A DNA stretch of 64,000 bases from Chloroflexota bacterium (GTDB lineage Bacteria; Chloroflexota; UBA11872; VXNJ01): contig OZ253449.1 of NCBI GenBank assembly GCA_965261345.1, forward strand, positions 2,112,001 through 2,176,000, written 5' to 3'. The position numbers and the translations under genes are program-made. Below, one piece after another: positions 11,171 through 20,182 of the stretch; the first letter of the stretch is position 1; every line of letters starts with the position of its first letter. A model generated the notes under the pieces. It was not told where the DNA came from. It saw only the letters and a program-made list of their open reading frames with translations, and did not search any database.

Positions 11171-12261
11171 CCACTCCCGGGCCGGAAGCGGTCTACCTGG
11201 CGGGCCTGGATCTGCCCGGCCGAAGGGCCTGGTCGCCGCGGGACAGCCTGGCCGAATTGGCCGAATTGGCCACCGCCGCCGGAGCTCGGGTCTGCGGGCA
11301 GCAGTTGGTGCGAGTTCGCCGACCGGGGCCGCGCTTGTTGGTCGGTACCGGCCAGGCCGATTCGGTGATCGCGGCGGCGAAGGCGGCCGGCGCCCAAGCG
11401 ATCGTATTTGACGCCGAATTGCATCCACGCCAGCAGCGCAACCTCGAGTCGCTGGCGCAGATGAAGATCATCGATCGTACGGCGTTGATCCTGGATATAT
11501 TCGCCCAGCACGCAACTTCGGCGGAGGGCAAATTGCAGGTTGCGCGCGCACAAGTTGAGTACCTGCTGCCGCGGCTTTCGCAGCTCTGGGTGCAGTTCTC
11601 GCGGACCGGTGGCGGGATCGGCACGCGTGGCCCTGGTGAAACCCAGCTGGAGCGTGACCGGCGGGAATTACGAGCGCGCTCCACTCAGCTTGACCGCCAG
11701 ATCGAGAAGGTGCGCGACCGACGCGCTCGCGCTCGCCGGAAACGTGAGCAATTCGGAATCGTTGTCGCCCTCGTTGGTTACACCAACGCCGGCAAGACAA
11801 GTCTTCACGCCGCCCTCTCGGGAGCCGGTCGAGCCGGGCACGGCCAGATGTTTGCGACCTTGGATCCGCTGGTGCGGCGGGCCACCCTGCCCGGTGGCCT
11901 TCGGGTGCTGGTAGTCGATACGGTCGGCTTTATCCATGATCTGCCGGAGGGATTGATCGCCGCGTTCAAGGCGACCCTGGAAGAGATCTCGGGCGCCGAC
12001 CTGATAGTGCACGTAGCCGATGCGGCCGCGCCGCGCCTGGCCGAAAGGATCGATACGGTTGTGTCTACGCTTGAGGACCTGGGGTTGGGTGATCGACCCA
12101 GTTTGCTGGCGCTAAACAAGGCCGATCTGGTTCCGCCCGGAAATCCTGCACCGGCTCCGGGCGGAGTACTGGTGTCCGCCCGAACCAAAGTTGGAATAAA
12201 CGAGTTGGGGATGGCAATCGAACGGGCACTGGCGAGCCGGTCGGTCGCGCCACGGGCGTAG
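11167..12261 (+). CDS. hflX: GTPase HflX (short form)
   Basis: IIDRTALILDIFAQHA, GGGIGTRGPGETQLE, VGYTNAGKTS, FATLDP, DTVGFI, NKAD. The frame extends upstream of the track's TTG (11257) to a CTG at 11167 overlapping the dapL stop. Confidence 0.93.
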   Translation: MTTPGPEAVYLAGLDLPGRRAWSPRDSLAELAELATAAGARVCGQQLVRVRRPGPRLLVGTGQADSVIAAAKAAGAQAIVFDAELHPRQQRNLESLAQMKIIDRTALILDIFAQHATSAEGKLQVARAQVEYLLPRLSQLWVQFSRTGGGIGTRGPGETQLERDRRELRARSTQLDRQIEKVRDRRARARRKREQFGIVVALVGYTNAGKTSLHAALSGAGRAGHGQMFATLDPLVRRATLPGGLRVLVVDTVGFIHDLPEGLIAAFKATLEEISGADLIVHVADAAAPRLAERIDTVVSTLEDLGLGDRPSLLALNKADLVPPGNPAPAPGGVLVSARTKVGINELGMAIERALASRSVAPRA

Positions 12262-12294
12262 GGCCGCACCCGAGCGCTTCCGCCGCCGGGGCGG

Positions 12295-13302
12295 CTAGTC
12301 GCGGTCCTGCGGCTGACCCGGCCGGGCCGCCACCGCATCCTCCAACGGTTGTGAATAGCGATCAAAGGCCGCCCGCAGATGCCCGACCGAATAATGGGCG
12401 TAGATCGTCTTGGTGGTTTCGGGAGACGCGTGGCCGAGGAGGTCTTGAACCTGCGAAAGGTCGGCTCCACGGTCTAACAGGGTGGTCGCCTTTAGGTGGC
12501 GAAAGTGATGGGTTGATGCCGACACGCCGCAGCTTTGGGCATGCCGCTTTACGGTCAACCAAATCGTCTGTGGGGACAGGCGCAGGCGCTCGCCGCGCGG
12601 GCCGGGCCTCGATCCCTTGGTGTGGCGAATAAAAAGCGGTTCAAAATGGTCGGCGCGGCGGTCCAGGTATGCATCGATGTGACCCAGCGTTTGGGGATCA
12701 AAGAAAACGACCCTTTCCTTATTGCCCTTGCCGCTGATGATGGCTTCCCCGACGCGGCCGCTGGCAAGGTCGGCGCGATTGAGCGAGGCGACTTCGGCCC
12801 GCCGCATCCCGGTTGCGTATAGGGTGTTGAGGATTGCCCGGTCGCGGAGCAGGCGCAACCCCAATTTTCCGGTCGGATCGCGATCGGGCAGGGGAGTCTG
12901 ATTTGCGTTATGAACTATCAGGGCCAGGGTCGAATCGACCCGCGGGGTCGAATAGTTTTTCCTGACTTTTACCCGCTGAAGCTGCTCGCGCGAACGTTCG
13001 AGCGAAATCTGCGGAACGGCCGCTTCGCCCGCCAGATACCGTAGCAGTCCGCGCAATCCGGCCAGGTAGGTCTCCACCGTGGACAGGTGATCGCGACCGT
13101 GGCGATCGACCAACCAGAGATAGAACTGCTCCAGGCTGCGTTCGGGCAAATCGTCGAGCCCTGATCGGGCCGGGTCGATCCGCCGGTCATGGAGGTATTT
13201 GCAGAATGCGTTAAGTCCGGTCGCGTAGGTGCTACGGGTGGCCGGTGACTTGGCACGGTTTACCCGCAGAAAGCTGGCGATCGCCGATTCAATTGTTTGC
13301 AT
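12295..13302 (-). CDS. Tyrosine recombinase, XerC/XerD-like, catalytic residues intact
   Basis: RDRAIL..LYATGMRRAEV (R), GKGNKER (K), HHFRH (HxxR), VQDLLGHAS (H), TTKTIYAH (Y); 335 aa with an N-terminal core-binding region. Confidence 0.9.
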   Translation of the reverse strand: MQTIESAIASFLRVNRAKSPATRSTYATGLNAFCKYLHDRRIDPARSGLDDLPERSLEQFYLWLVDRHGRDHLSTVETYLAGLRGLLRYLAGEAAVPQISLERSREQLQRVKVRKNYSTPRVDSTLALIVHNANQTPLPDRDPTGKLGLRLLRDRAILNTLYATGMRRAEVASLNRADLASGRVGEAIISGKGNKERVVFFDPQTLGHIDAYLDRRADHFEPLFIRHTKGSRPGPRGERLRLSPQTIWLTVKRHAQSCGVSASTHHFRHLKATTLLDRGADLSQVQDLLGHASPETTKTIYAHYSVGHLRAAFDRYSQPLEDAVAARPGQPQDRD

Positions 13303-13330
13303 ACTTTACATAATAACGAGATTGGCAAGT
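13303..13330 (-). other. dif-like recombinase-binding site (11-6-11) abutting the recombinase start codon
   Basis: Minus strand ACTTGCCAATC-TCGTTA-TTATGTAAAGT then ATG; compare B. subtilis dif as recalled, ACTTCCTAGAA-TATATA-TTATGTAAACT. Confidence 0.7.
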
Positions 13331-13411
13331 CGCACTCGCCGGATCGCCGGCCAGCCGGCCACAGGTTCGATAATCCGCTAGTCGAAAGAACCCTCTCGTT
13401 GGGGGGCAACA

Positions 13412-15031
13412 TTGCAGAATCGCGAGTTCGCAGCGGCTGACCAGCCACAGCCCCGATGGCGGAAATTGCTGGCGGCGCCATGGGTTTTTGCCGGATTGAT
13501 TGGGCTGTTGGCCAGCGGGCTGGTTACCTCCCTCTACTTCCCGCTATTCGAACTCGGTTGGATGGCCAACCCAGCCTTTGACTTCGTCGATCTGCTGATC
13601 CGCTATTCGCCGGGAGCCTTGGCGACGTGGTCGATCGAGACTTTGGGTCAGCTTGGAAAGCAACTGCTAGAGGCCTCCGGGTTATTGACCTGGATCGCAA
13701 TGGGAGCAGTCATATCCGCTGCAATCACCCGATTCGCGCCGCCGGCATTTACGGTCAGCCAGCGGGCATTGCTGGCGGGCGGAGCCTACGGGGCGTTGTG
13801 CGTGGGAGTCGAAATGCTCGCCGAACTGTCGTTTTACGGGCTAGGCGGGATTTTCTGGATCGCCGCCACCGCCCTGCTTTTCGGGTTTTTGGCCCAAATG
13901 TTCGCCCCATCCGGAGCGATCGCTGAACCGCCAGCTGACCCTCCGACCTGGCCGCCACCACCGCGCCCGGGCTGGTTGCAAACCCGTTCGCGGCGGGAAT
14001 TGCTGGCAATGTCGGCCGCGACCGCGATCATCGGTTCGATCGTTGCGATCGCCGCCCAGCGGAATCTATTAACGGCAACGATCGCCGACAGCGCGGGTCC
14101 GGTTGAAACGCTTATAGGATTTGATCCGGACTTTGTTCCAGCCGCCAACACCCGGCCGCTGGTTACCGCCAACCCCGATTTTTACCGGATCGACATCTAT
14201 ACCCGCACCCCGACATTTGCCCGATCCAACTGGTCGATGCAGGTCGCAGGACTGGTTGACCGCGAACTGAATTTTTCAATCGAGGACATCGAAGCGTTGC
14301 CGGCCCGAGAACAGTACGGGACGCTGCAGTGCATTTCCAACGAGGTTGGGGGGGAGCTTATTTCAACCACCAAGTGGACCGGTGTGCCACTGGCCGAGGT
14401 GCTCGACCTGGCCGGGGTAAAACCCGGTGCCGAGGATGTGGTTTTTTATGCCCCGGGCGGGTACGACGATTCGATTCCGATCGCCAAGGCACTTGAACCG
14501 GGCACCCTGCTGGCATACGGCATGAATGGGCAGCCACTACCGCCCGAACACGGATTTCCGCTCCGAGCTTACATTCCCAACATCTACGGGATGAAAAATG
14601 TCAAATACATAACGCGCATCGAGGTGGTTGATTCCAACCACGAGGGCTATTGGCAGCGTCGCGGATGGTCGGACACCGCGATCATCAAGACCACCAGCGC
14701 CTGGGATCTGCCAGGCGGTAGTCGGATCGGACGGATCAATCCCGGCGAAGACATCATCGGGGGCATTGCATTCGGCGGGGCGCGGGGAATTTCCGCAGTG
14801 GAATGGCACCATACGGATAGTGATATTTGGACTCCGGCCGAGCTTGAGGACCAATTGAGTCCCACCACCTGGCGGCGCTGGAAAGCCGACTTGGGTCTGG
14901 AACCGGGCACTCATCGGTTGGAGGTTCGAGCCTATGACGGCAACGGCGATCCGCAAACGGAAACCCGAACTCCCACCCACCCCGATGGGGCCAGCGGATA
15001 TCACCTCATCCAGCTTTCGGTTAGCGGGTAG
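13412..15031 (+). CDS. Membrane-anchored molybdopterin oxidoreductase (sulfite oxidase family)
   Basis: N-terminal hydrophobic helices, internal SRRELL, TLQCISNEVGG (Mo-ligand Cys), WTGVPL, HGFPLR, YGMKNVK, GYWQRRGW; exact start uncertain. Confidence 0.85.
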   Translation: MQNREFAAADQPQPRWRKLLAAPWVFAGLIGLLASGLVTSLYFPLFELGWMANPAFDFVDLLIRYSPGALATWSIETLGQLGKQLLEASGLLTWIAMGAVISAAITRFAPPAFTVSQRALLAGGAYGALCVGVEMLAELSFYGLGGIFWIAATALLFGFLAQMFAPSGAIAEPPADPPTWPPPPRPGWLQTRSRRELLAMSAATAIIGSIVAIAAQRNLLTATIADSAGPVETLIGFDPDFVPAANTRPLVTANPDFYRIDIYTRTPTFARSNWSMQVAGLVDRELNFSIEDIEALPAREQYGTLQCISNEVGGELISTTKWTGVPLAEVLDLAGVKPGAEDVVFYAPGGYDDSIPIAKALEPGTLLAYGMNGQPLPPEHGFPLRAYIPNIYGMKNVKYITRIEVVDSNHEGYWQRRGWSDTAIIKTTSAWDLPGGSRIGRINPGEDIIGGIAFGGARGISAVEWHHTDSDIWTPAELEDQLSPTTWRRWKADLGLEPGTHRLEVRAYDGNGDPQTETRTPTHPDGASGYHLIQLSVSG

Positions 15032-15158
15032 CTCGGATCATCTCCTAGCGACCGCGGCGCGAACCGGCTGTTAGCGGGCAAACGGTTGAGTGCGGTAGGA
15101 AATAATTGGGGACCTGCTTGAGGTATTGCGCCCAGGTACGGCTGCAGGAGCGCAGAGG

Positions 15159-16142
15159 ATGATGGCAATGCGATTGACGCAGGACCAACTAAACCACTTT
15201 GATCGCGAGGGTTGGTTGGTAGTCGAAGAGGTTTTTGATCCGGAAATCGATTTTGGTCCGCTCCAACGCGATTATTCGGCCATCGCCGACCGTCAGGCGC
15301 TCGAGGTGCTCACTCCCGAACAGCTCGCCGGTTACGACCGGAATTGGACGTTCCGGAAGAAATTTATGTACATGGCCGAATGCACCGGGGGGTTTGATTA
15401 CCAGCCATACGATATTTCGCTTCCGCTAGGGGGCTTTTCCGAGGCGACCGAAATGTACACCGGAGCGGCTGCATTCGCCCTGCTTTCGCATCCTCGGCTG
15501 TTAGATCTCGTGGAGTGTTTCATCGGGTCTGAGATTTTTTCCAATCCAATCCAGCATATTCGGGTCAAGGTTCCCGAACGTTTGATCCCTCACCAACAAG
15601 GCGCTAAACTCCACGCCGGCTCGGCCATCGGGACCAACACCCAGTGGCACCAGGACAATGGCGTGGCCACCGAGGACTGCGACGTAACGCCGGTCATCAC
15701 CTGTTGGGCGCCGATTACCGACGCCACGATTGAAATGGGTTGTCTGGCGGCGATCCCGCGCAGCCACCGGATTGGCCTGGCGCCGCATTGCCTAAACGGG
15801 AGCCCCCTCCAGATCCCCGAGGAAAATATCGAGACGGACCTTATGCGGCCACTGCCGATGAAGGCCGGTTCAGTGCTTTTTCTGCACCGCCACACCATGC
15901 ATAGTTCGCTCAAAAACGTTTCCGACCACATGCGATTTAGTTTCGACCTGCGCTATTCGCCGACCGGATTACCCACCGGGCGATCTGTTTTTCCGGGATT
16001 CGTAGCCAGATCCAAGCGCGATCCGGAAAGTGAAACCAGGGATCCAACCGAATGGGCCCGCAGCTGGGCTGAGGCCAAATCTCGTTTGTCCGGAGCCAGC
16101 CACAGTTTCAACCGCTTCGGCGTCGAATCGTTCGTCTGCTAG
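15159..16142 (+). CDS. Phytanoyl-CoA dioxygenase (PhyH) family Fe(II)/2-oxoglutarate oxygenase
   Basis: FDREGWLVV, WHQD, ITCWAP, GCL..IPRSH, GSVLFLH...HSS..N.S..RFS. Confidence 0.85.
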   Translation: MMAMRLTQDQLNHFDREGWLVVEEVFDPEIDFGPLQRDYSAIADRQALEVLTPEQLAGYDRNWTFRKKFMYMAECTGGFDYQPYDISLPLGGFSEATEMYTGAAAFALLSHPRLLDLVECFIGSEIFSNPIQHIRVKVPERLIPHQQGAKLHAGSAIGTNTQWHQDNGVATEDCDVTPVITCWAPITDATIEMGCLAAIPRSHRIGLAPHCLNGSPLQIPEENIETDLMRPLPMKAGSVLFLHRHTMHSSLKNVSDHMRFSFDLRYSPTGLPTGRSVFPGFVARSKRDPESETRDPTEWARSWAEAKSRLSGASHSFNRFGVESFVC

Positions 16143-16151
16143 GGATATTGC

Positions 16152-17192
16152 ATGGCGTCTAACTGCAAATTCATCCTGGTTGAGCGGCCGCGGGCAGAAC
16201 CGTCGCCGGACAATTTTGAGTTGATCGAGGAACCGGCCGGGACGCCGGGCCAAGGCCAGGTGCTCGCGCGCAGTATCTGGCTCTCGGTGGATCCCTATAT
16301 GCGTGGCCGCATGCGACCAACCCGGAGCTATGCCGATCCGGCCGGCCTGGGTCAGGTCATGGTCGGCAGCGGGGTTGGCGAAGTGGTGGCTTCCGCTACG
16401 GACGAGTTTTCGCCGGGCGATATCGTCGAGGGCGACTTCGGATGGCAGACGATGCCGATCGTTAACGCCCGCGAGCTGGACTTGATCGACCCCGCCCTGG
16501 CCCCGATTTCCACCGCCATTGGTGTGCTGGGGATGCCCGGGATGACCGCCTACTTCGGTTTGCTGGAGGTCGGCCGTCCACAGGCCGGTGATACGGTCGT
16601 GGTTTCGGCTGCCTCGGGCGCGGTTGGCGGCATCGTCGGCCAAATTGCCCGGATCGGCGGGGCCCGCACGGTCGGGATCGTCGGCTCGGAAGCCAAGCGG
16701 GCCTACTGCCTTGATCGGTTGGGTTATGATGCGGCCATCAATCGCCGCACCCAGGACGTAGGCGACGGGCTGGACGCCGCCTGCCCCGACGGAATCGATG
16801 TTTATTTCGACAACGTTGGCGGTCCGATTCTCGATGCCGTGCTCGCGCGCATCAATCTTGGGGCGCGAATTGCAATCTGCGGAATGATCTCCGAGTACAA
16901 CTTGCCCGAGCCGGAACTGGCGGTCCGCCCCACTCGGGCGCTGCTTTCAAACCGCGCCACAATGCAGGGATTGCTGGTCCGAGACTGGTGGCATCGGCGC
17001 GCCGCGGCGCGCGCCCGGATCGCCGGTTGGATTCGAAGTGGTCAGCTCTATTACCGCGAGGAGACGATTGAGGGCTTCGAAAACATGCCAATTGCCCTTA
17101 TCGGATTGTTGGCGGGCGAGAATTTCGGCAAACGGCTGGTTAGGGTCGACGACCCGCCCGCCGGAGTGCGGGCCGGCGGGGACGCCAGTTAG
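16152..17192 (+). CDS. NADP-dependent oxidoreductase (CurA/prostaglandin reductase-like MDR)
   Basis: LSVDPYMRGRM, LGMPGMTAYFGL, VSAASGAVG, GIDVYFDNVGG, GENFGK. Confidence 0.9.
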   Translation: MASNCKFILVERPRAEPSPDNFELIEEPAGTPGQGQVLARSIWLSVDPYMRGRMRPTRSYADPAGLGQVMVGSGVGEVVASATDEFSPGDIVEGDFGWQTMPIVNARELDLIDPALAPISTAIGVLGMPGMTAYFGLLEVGRPQAGDTVVVSAASGAVGGIVGQIARIGGARTVGIVGSEAKRAYCLDRLGYDAAINRRTQDVGDGLDAACPDGIDVYFDNVGGPILDAVLARINLGARIAICGMISEYNLPEPELAVRPTRALLSNRATMQGLLVRDWWHRRAAARARIAGWIRSGQLYYREETIEGFENMPIALIGLLAGENFGKRLVRVDDPPAGVRAGGDAS

Positions 17193-17235
17193 CGGCCCAG
17201 GCCGAATCGGTCCGAGCCTGAACGCCCGCCCGGTT

Positions 17236-18585
17236 CTAGGCCAACTGGTCGAATCGACCAAGCAGGTCGAATAGGCAGCCGGCGCCAAATTCCAGGCAGC
17301 TGGCCGGAACCCGTTCGTCGGCTGCGTGAATCAGCCTGAAGACCTCGATATCGTCGGGCAGGTCCAGCGGCAGAAATCCGTACGACTGGATTCCCAGTCG
17401 ACGAAACTCGCGCCCGTCGGTCGCCCCGACCATCAGCATCGGCATAGGTCGGGCCGCGGGGTCATGTTCCTTAAGGATCTGGCCCAGCAGCGGGAGCAAA
17501 CGCAGATCCGGTTCGCCCATCGGATCGCTCATCGCGCGCGGCGGATCGAACTCAACATCGCCTCCCAGTAATGCCTGCAGATCGGCAACCAGTTTGTCCG
17601 GGTTGGAGCTGGGCAGGATTCGAGCGTCGAAATTGAGCTCGATAACGCTCGGCACGACATTGAATTTTTCGCCGGCCGCAATCACCGTTACGTTCACCGT
17701 ATCGTGCAGGACGCAGTCAAAAATATCGCCCTGACGCCCCATCCGGTTCAGGGCGGCATCGCTGCGGGCCGGGTCGAGCAGAGCCAGCACGGTGGCCCGT
17801 TGCTCTCCCTTGAGTCCGGCCGCAACCGCCTCGATCATGGCCGCCGCAGCCGGAGTGATGTTTACCGGCAACCGCTGTCGGTCCAGGGTCGTCAAGACCC
17901 GGGCCAAGCCGGCCATGATCCCGCCGCGGTGGATCATGGCACCGTGGCCGCCCGGCCCACGGAGTCGTCCGCGCAGGCGCACGACCGTTTTTTCTGAGAC
18001 CTGGATCGGATAGAACGACTGCCCGAACACGCGATCACGATACCCGCCAAACTCACCGATAGCAAACCGAACCCCGGCGAACTGTCCGGGATGGTTTTCG
18101 ACCATGAATTTCGCGCCGAATTCGGCCCCCGCCTCCTCGTCGGCCAGCAGGCACAGAATCACGTCGCCGGGCAGTTCTATCCGATCGTGGTGGGCGCGCA
18201 GGAACGCGGCAATCATCATGGCATCGCCGCCTTTCATGTCCAGGCTGCCGCGCCCCCAGACCACTCCCTGATCCAATTTGCCGGCGAATGGATCGTGCGA
18301 CCATGGCTGGTCAGCGGCGGTTACGACATCGACATGCCCGTACAGTAGCAGCGGCGGTTCGCCCCCGCCCTTTAAGCGGGCGACCAGATTCGGGCGGTTC
18401 GCATCGCGGGCAAATATTTGCGAGTCGATGCCGTACGCTGCCAGCAGGCGCTGGGCCCACTCGATGCAGGGCCTTTCATTGCCGGGCGGATTGGTGGTGT
18501 CGAATGAAATCAGTTTGCGCAGCAACTGCGCGGGATTTTCGTGAAGTCCGACAAGTTTTTCGGCTAGCGCCACTGCTGTCCCCAA
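17236..18585 (-). CDS. M20 family metallopeptidase/amidohydrolase
   Basis: DTTNPPGNE, LLYGHVDVV, WGRGSLDMKG, ADEEAG, GATD, IHAADER; start may instead be GTG 18573. Confidence 0.88.
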   Translation of the reverse strand: MGTAVALAEKLVGLHENPAQLLRKLISFDTTNPPGNERPCIEWAQRLLAAYGIDSQIFARDANRPNLVARLKGGGEPPLLLYGHVDVVTAADQPWSHDPFAGKLDQGVVWGRGSLDMKGGDAMMIAAFLRAHHDRIELPGDVILCLLADEEAGAEFGAKFMVENHPGQFAGVRFAIGEFGGYRDRVFGQSFYPIQVSEKTVVRLRGRLRGPGGHGAMIHRGGIMAGLARVLTTLDRQRLPVNITPAAAAMIEAVAAGLKGEQRATVLALLDPARSDAALNRMGRQGDIFDCVLHDTVNVTVIAAGEKFNVVPSVIELNFDARILPSSNPDKLVADLQALLGGDVEFDPPRAMSDPMGEPDLRLLPLLGQILKEHDPAARPMPMLMVGATDGREFRRLGIQSYGFLPLDLPDDIEVFRLIHAADERVPASCLEFGAGCLFDLLGRFDQLA

Positions 18586-20003
18586 TCGGAGGTTTGGTAG
18601 TGGCTGCGCACCAGGTAGCTGGTAATCGCCTGGGACAGCCTCAGTTTTTGATCGGCCACCGCCGGATCAGACCACAGATTTCGGGTCTCGCCGGGATCGT
18701 TTTCCAGATCGAACAGTTGGCCCTCGCAGCTATCGAGCAGCGCAACCAATTTCCATCGCGAATCGCGCACCATGGTCATAAAGTCCCACTCCAGCCCCAT
18801 CATGTCCTCACGGCTCTGCTCGCAAAACACGTATTCGCGCCCGGTTGCCGCCGCCGAACCCTGGAGCGCTGGCAGCATGCTAATTCCCTCGAAACCGGCC
18901 GGCGGCTCAAGGCCAGCAAACGCAAATATCGTCGGCGCCAGATCTATCCATGAATAGAGATCCTCAATCGCTTGCCCACCGGCGAATCGCGCCGGCGACC
19001 AAACAATCATCGGCACCCGGGTAACACAGTCGAAGAAAGTCCATTTTTGACTGTGCCCGTGATCGCCCAGGGCGTCACCGTGATCGGACGTAAAGATTAC
19101 GATCGAGTTCTCGAGCAACCCCCGTGCGGACAGGGCCGCCATGATGTTGCCAACCTGCCGATCGATCAGGGCCACGTTGGCCATGTAACAGGCCCGCTGG
19201 TGCTGGCGCTGCGCGCGCGTGGGATTTAGTAGGTGAACGATCGAGTCGTGATCGACGGCCGCGTTGTGCTCGCGCATCGCCCGGAAAGGTAACGGCTGCT
19301 CGGCGAGCTCGCGGGAACTGGGATCGGCCAGGCCGAAATCGCGATCGGCGTACACGCGGGCCAGTTCAGGGGTCGGATCATAGGGCGGATGGGGACCGGG
19401 AAACCCGATTTGCAGGAAGAGCGGCCCGGTGAATTGCTGATGCTCGATCCAGTGTTCGGCGAAACCACCCACGAAATTGTCAGATTGCAGATCCTCGTCG
19501 TAATCCCAGATGAATGCCCCCAACGATTCCTGGTAATCGGGCCTTTGACGATAGACGATTCGGCCTGGTTTGGGGGTCAACTTACGGGCAATTAGGGCCT
19601 TGTCCCACTCGTCGATAAAGCTGGCGCCCTGGAGGTAGCGGTCCTTGTTTTCGACGACGTAACGCTCATCAAAACCGGCGGGCGCCAGGAAGGGGGTGGT
19701 GTGCATTTTGCCGATGTTGACAGTGTGGTAACCGGCCGATTGCAGGTCGGCAATCCAGGTAGTTTGCCAAGGATCGCCATTTTTGAAGATTCCGGTGGTG
19801 TGTGGATAGCGCCCGGTGAAAAGCGCCGCGCGCGCCGGCGCGCAGGAGGTGGCCGGGATGTGGCACTGGTTGAATGTGATCCCCTCGTTGACCAGGCGGT
19901 CCAGATGGGGCGTGTCCATGTAGTCAAATCCCAGCGCGCCAATGGTGTCGAAGCGCTGCTGATCGGTAATGATCAGGATGATATTTGGGCGTTGATCTGC
20001 CAA
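18564..20003 (-). CDS. Sulfatase (Cys-type, formylglycine-dependent)
   Basis: RPNIILIITDQQR, CAPARAALFTG (CxPxR), IGKMH, PHPPYD, FTSDHG, LFDLENDPGE. Confidence 0.92.
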   Translation of the reverse strand: MADQRPNIILIITDQQRFDTIGALGFDYMDTPHLDRLVNEGITFNQCHIPATSCAPARAALFTGRYPHTTGIFKNGDPWQTTWIADLQSAGYHTVNIGKMHTTPFLAPAGFDERYVVENKDRYLQGASFIDEWDKALIARKLTPKPGRIVYRQRPDYQESLGAFIWDYDEDLQSDNFVGGFAEHWIEHQQFTGPLFLQIGFPGPHPPYDPTPELARVYADRDFGLADPSSRELAEQPLPFRAMREHNAAVDHDSIVHLLNPTRAQRQHQRACYMANVALIDRQVGNIMAALSARGLLENSIVIFTSDHGDALGDHGHSQKWTFFDCVTRVPMIVWSPARFAGGQAIEDLYSWIDLAPTIFAFAGLEPPAGFEGISMLPALQGSAAATGREYVFCEQSREDMMGLEWDFMTMVRDSRWKLVALLDSCEGQLFDLENDPGETRNLWSDPAVADQKLRLSQAITSYLVRSHYQTSDWGQQWR

Positions 20004-20182
20004 ATTTGCTCCCGCAATAGGTTGGGCGGCTTAGTTGGCCGGCAATCAAATGCTATTTGAGGATGGCCGCGCAAAGTTGTCCGATTACCAGCGAAAATGG
20101 TATATGGCCGGCTGCGGGCGCACGGGACATCCGTTGCCTGCACCATTTGAATTCGTGCAGATATTCAGCTCGGTAGCAACAC

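Noticed and set aside
12295-17192. Classical integron (integrase with divergent cassette array)
   Set aside because: No attC-like RYYYAAC...GTTRRRY elements seen between the downstream genes, and the recombinase looks Xer-like without an evident IntI-specific insertion
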